Positions 62,286-64,000 of a stretch of 64,000 nucleotides of DNA are shown here, in pieces. Source of the DNA: Octopus sinensis (lineage: Eukaryota); assembly GCF_006345805.1 (NCBI RefSeq), contig NC_043008.1:4588001-4652000 (forward strand), read 5' to 3'. Below the pieces are notes generated by a model that saw nothing but the letters and a program-made list of their open reading frames with translations, had not been told where the DNA came from and did not search any database. Made by a program: the position numbers and the translations under genes. Each line of letters begins with the position of its first letter. Position 1 is the stretch's first letter.

Positions 62286-63519
62286 TGGCTGTCATTAGCT
62301 GCTGGAAACTGAAGGAGAGCATCTAGACATGAAATAGAAGTGATTTGAGATTGAAATTATAATTCTCTGGATTATTTGATATTCTTCAGCAGTCTTTATT
62401 TGGAAAAGAGATTTTGACTATCAGAGATGCTGTTGCGATACTGCTTAGCAATCTTGAAAAATCTAATGAAGATATACAGTGTCTAGATAGCAAAGTACAA
62501 ATTGGATAAACTTGACAATAATATTCATGTGACTAAATAAACCGGGGCTAATCCTTTTTATGTCTTGCAGCACATTTCCAAATAGATGAAATAATGAAGG
62601 AGCCTTTGTCTTATCCTTCACTTGCTTGAAATAGCAGCCAGATCTTACTCGAATCACAAACTATCTTTAAAAAATTTTAGACTCATAAGATAACGTAATC
62701 CCAAACATACCCTTCAAAAGAGTGGTTGGTCATGGCTGGAATGCTTTGATCATAGGTAAGGTGTAATCTGTTAGCATTGACCTGTGGCTGGCCAACAGCA
62801 ATCCAGAATTGAAGAGCTGACATTGATAAACTGTTCTACATGCTTTATGATGTATTTTCATAGCTTTCCCATAAATTTGATTCCAACTTGATGAGAAGCA
62901 ATTCGTCTGCAGTTCTCTTGAATTCACTGCCATTTGATGGGAACATATTGCCATCACATGGCAGTGAAGGGAGAGCAGAATTATCATCATCACCATCATC
63001 ATCGTCATTTAAAGTCCATTTTCCATGCTGGCATGGGTTGGACGGTTTAACTGGATCTTATGAGTCACAGAACTGTGTCAGGCCGTCAAATATAGATAAC
63101 ACTATGGGACATATTGAAACCATTATTAAAAAAATGGCAAAATGTCTGTCAGGTTAAAGTGGAGAATATAATATTCTAATTAATGTCCTTGCAACTTTCT
63201 CTGAATAGAGTACCGACAGGTTTATTATTGTTGTTTAGATATTTTTTCCGTATTTTGTTTTATTCTTTGTTCAAATCCTGCCTGACAGTCAGGATCAATA
63301 AAATAAGAACAAGTAAAACAGTGCTGTTGAAACAGAATGGCTCAGTCAATATTGCTAACTCATGAACCTTGAGTTCAATCCTACCGCAAGTGTTTTGATG
63401 TGTTTTGGGGTAATCACTTGATTCTATATTACCTCAGTTCACTTAGTTGCTAGATATTAATACCAGATCATCTGGGATTGCTATCTGTAAAAAAAATCGG
63501 AGTCCTATCAAAGTGAACT

Positions 63520-63810
63520 GAAGATGCATGGCCAAGTGCTTCAGGTGCTGCACTCGCAACCATAAAATCATGATTTTGATTCACAAACCAAGCAGCACAT
63601 TTTATTCTTGAGCAAAACACTTCGTTTCACATTGTTCCAGCCTACTCAGCTGTCAATGGGTTCCAGAAATAGCTGGGAAGTTAACTCTGCAACACACTGG
63701 CAACCTATTTAGGGAGGAGTGTTGTAACCTCAATCACTTGTGTAGCACAGAAACCAGATTAAGCCCTGGGTTTTTAAGGGTCGTACAGCTGATGACTGAC
63801 CAAAATGAGC
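63520..63810 (+). mobile_element. tRNA-headed SINE of the 3260 family
   Basis: A-box-like TGGCCAAGTG; TTCTTGAGCAAAACACTTC.TTTCAC..ACTCAGCTG block shared with 3340-3380. Confidence 0.62.
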
Positions 63811-64000
63811 TTCTAAGAGAGTGGGCCTATAAAAAGGAAGATAGATATATCTCTCCCCTTACCATCGAATTGAATCAATTATTTTAGGCCATGTGCCTAA
63901 AAGAGTATTTAACATTAGATTGATAATATATTTAGAATTGAAATTAAATGAAACTATCAGAAATAGTTGTAAATCTGAAATATTGTTGTGTGACCTGCCA

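Overview
AT-rich, repeat-saturated eukaryotic non-coding DNA. I cannot support any intact protein-coding gene, rRNA, true tRNA gene or CRISPR array. The repeat families look like those of a coleoid cephalopod (Octopus-like); that assignment is recognition from memory, not a database result. Supported content: (i) about seven decayed RTE-clade LINE coding fragments and many RTE-type (GAT)n tails; (ii) a relatively young 5'-truncated CR1-type LINE inserted in a complex (TA)n satellite; (iii) a decayed DD34D mariner carrying a nested SINE with a 13-bp target duplication; (iv) TTAA-flanked piggyBac-type MITEs and a pogo/Tigger-like MITE; (v) several tRNA-headed SINE families plus a ~200-bp (AAC)n-tailed family of about 20 copies, clustered and biased to the + strand; (vi) very many microsatellites, which generate most ORFs in the track. 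The most interesting signals are minimal type-I hammerhead-ribozyme-like motifs of the Penelope-element type in short dispersed repeats (36251, 47491, 61751, and at the apex of a 54-bp foldback at 52424), a 366-bp long inverted repeat, and a few short + strand segments with strong splice signals suggesting the window is mostly intron of a long transcript. Most repeat boundaries are approximate (tens of bp) unless a TSD or TIR is quoted.
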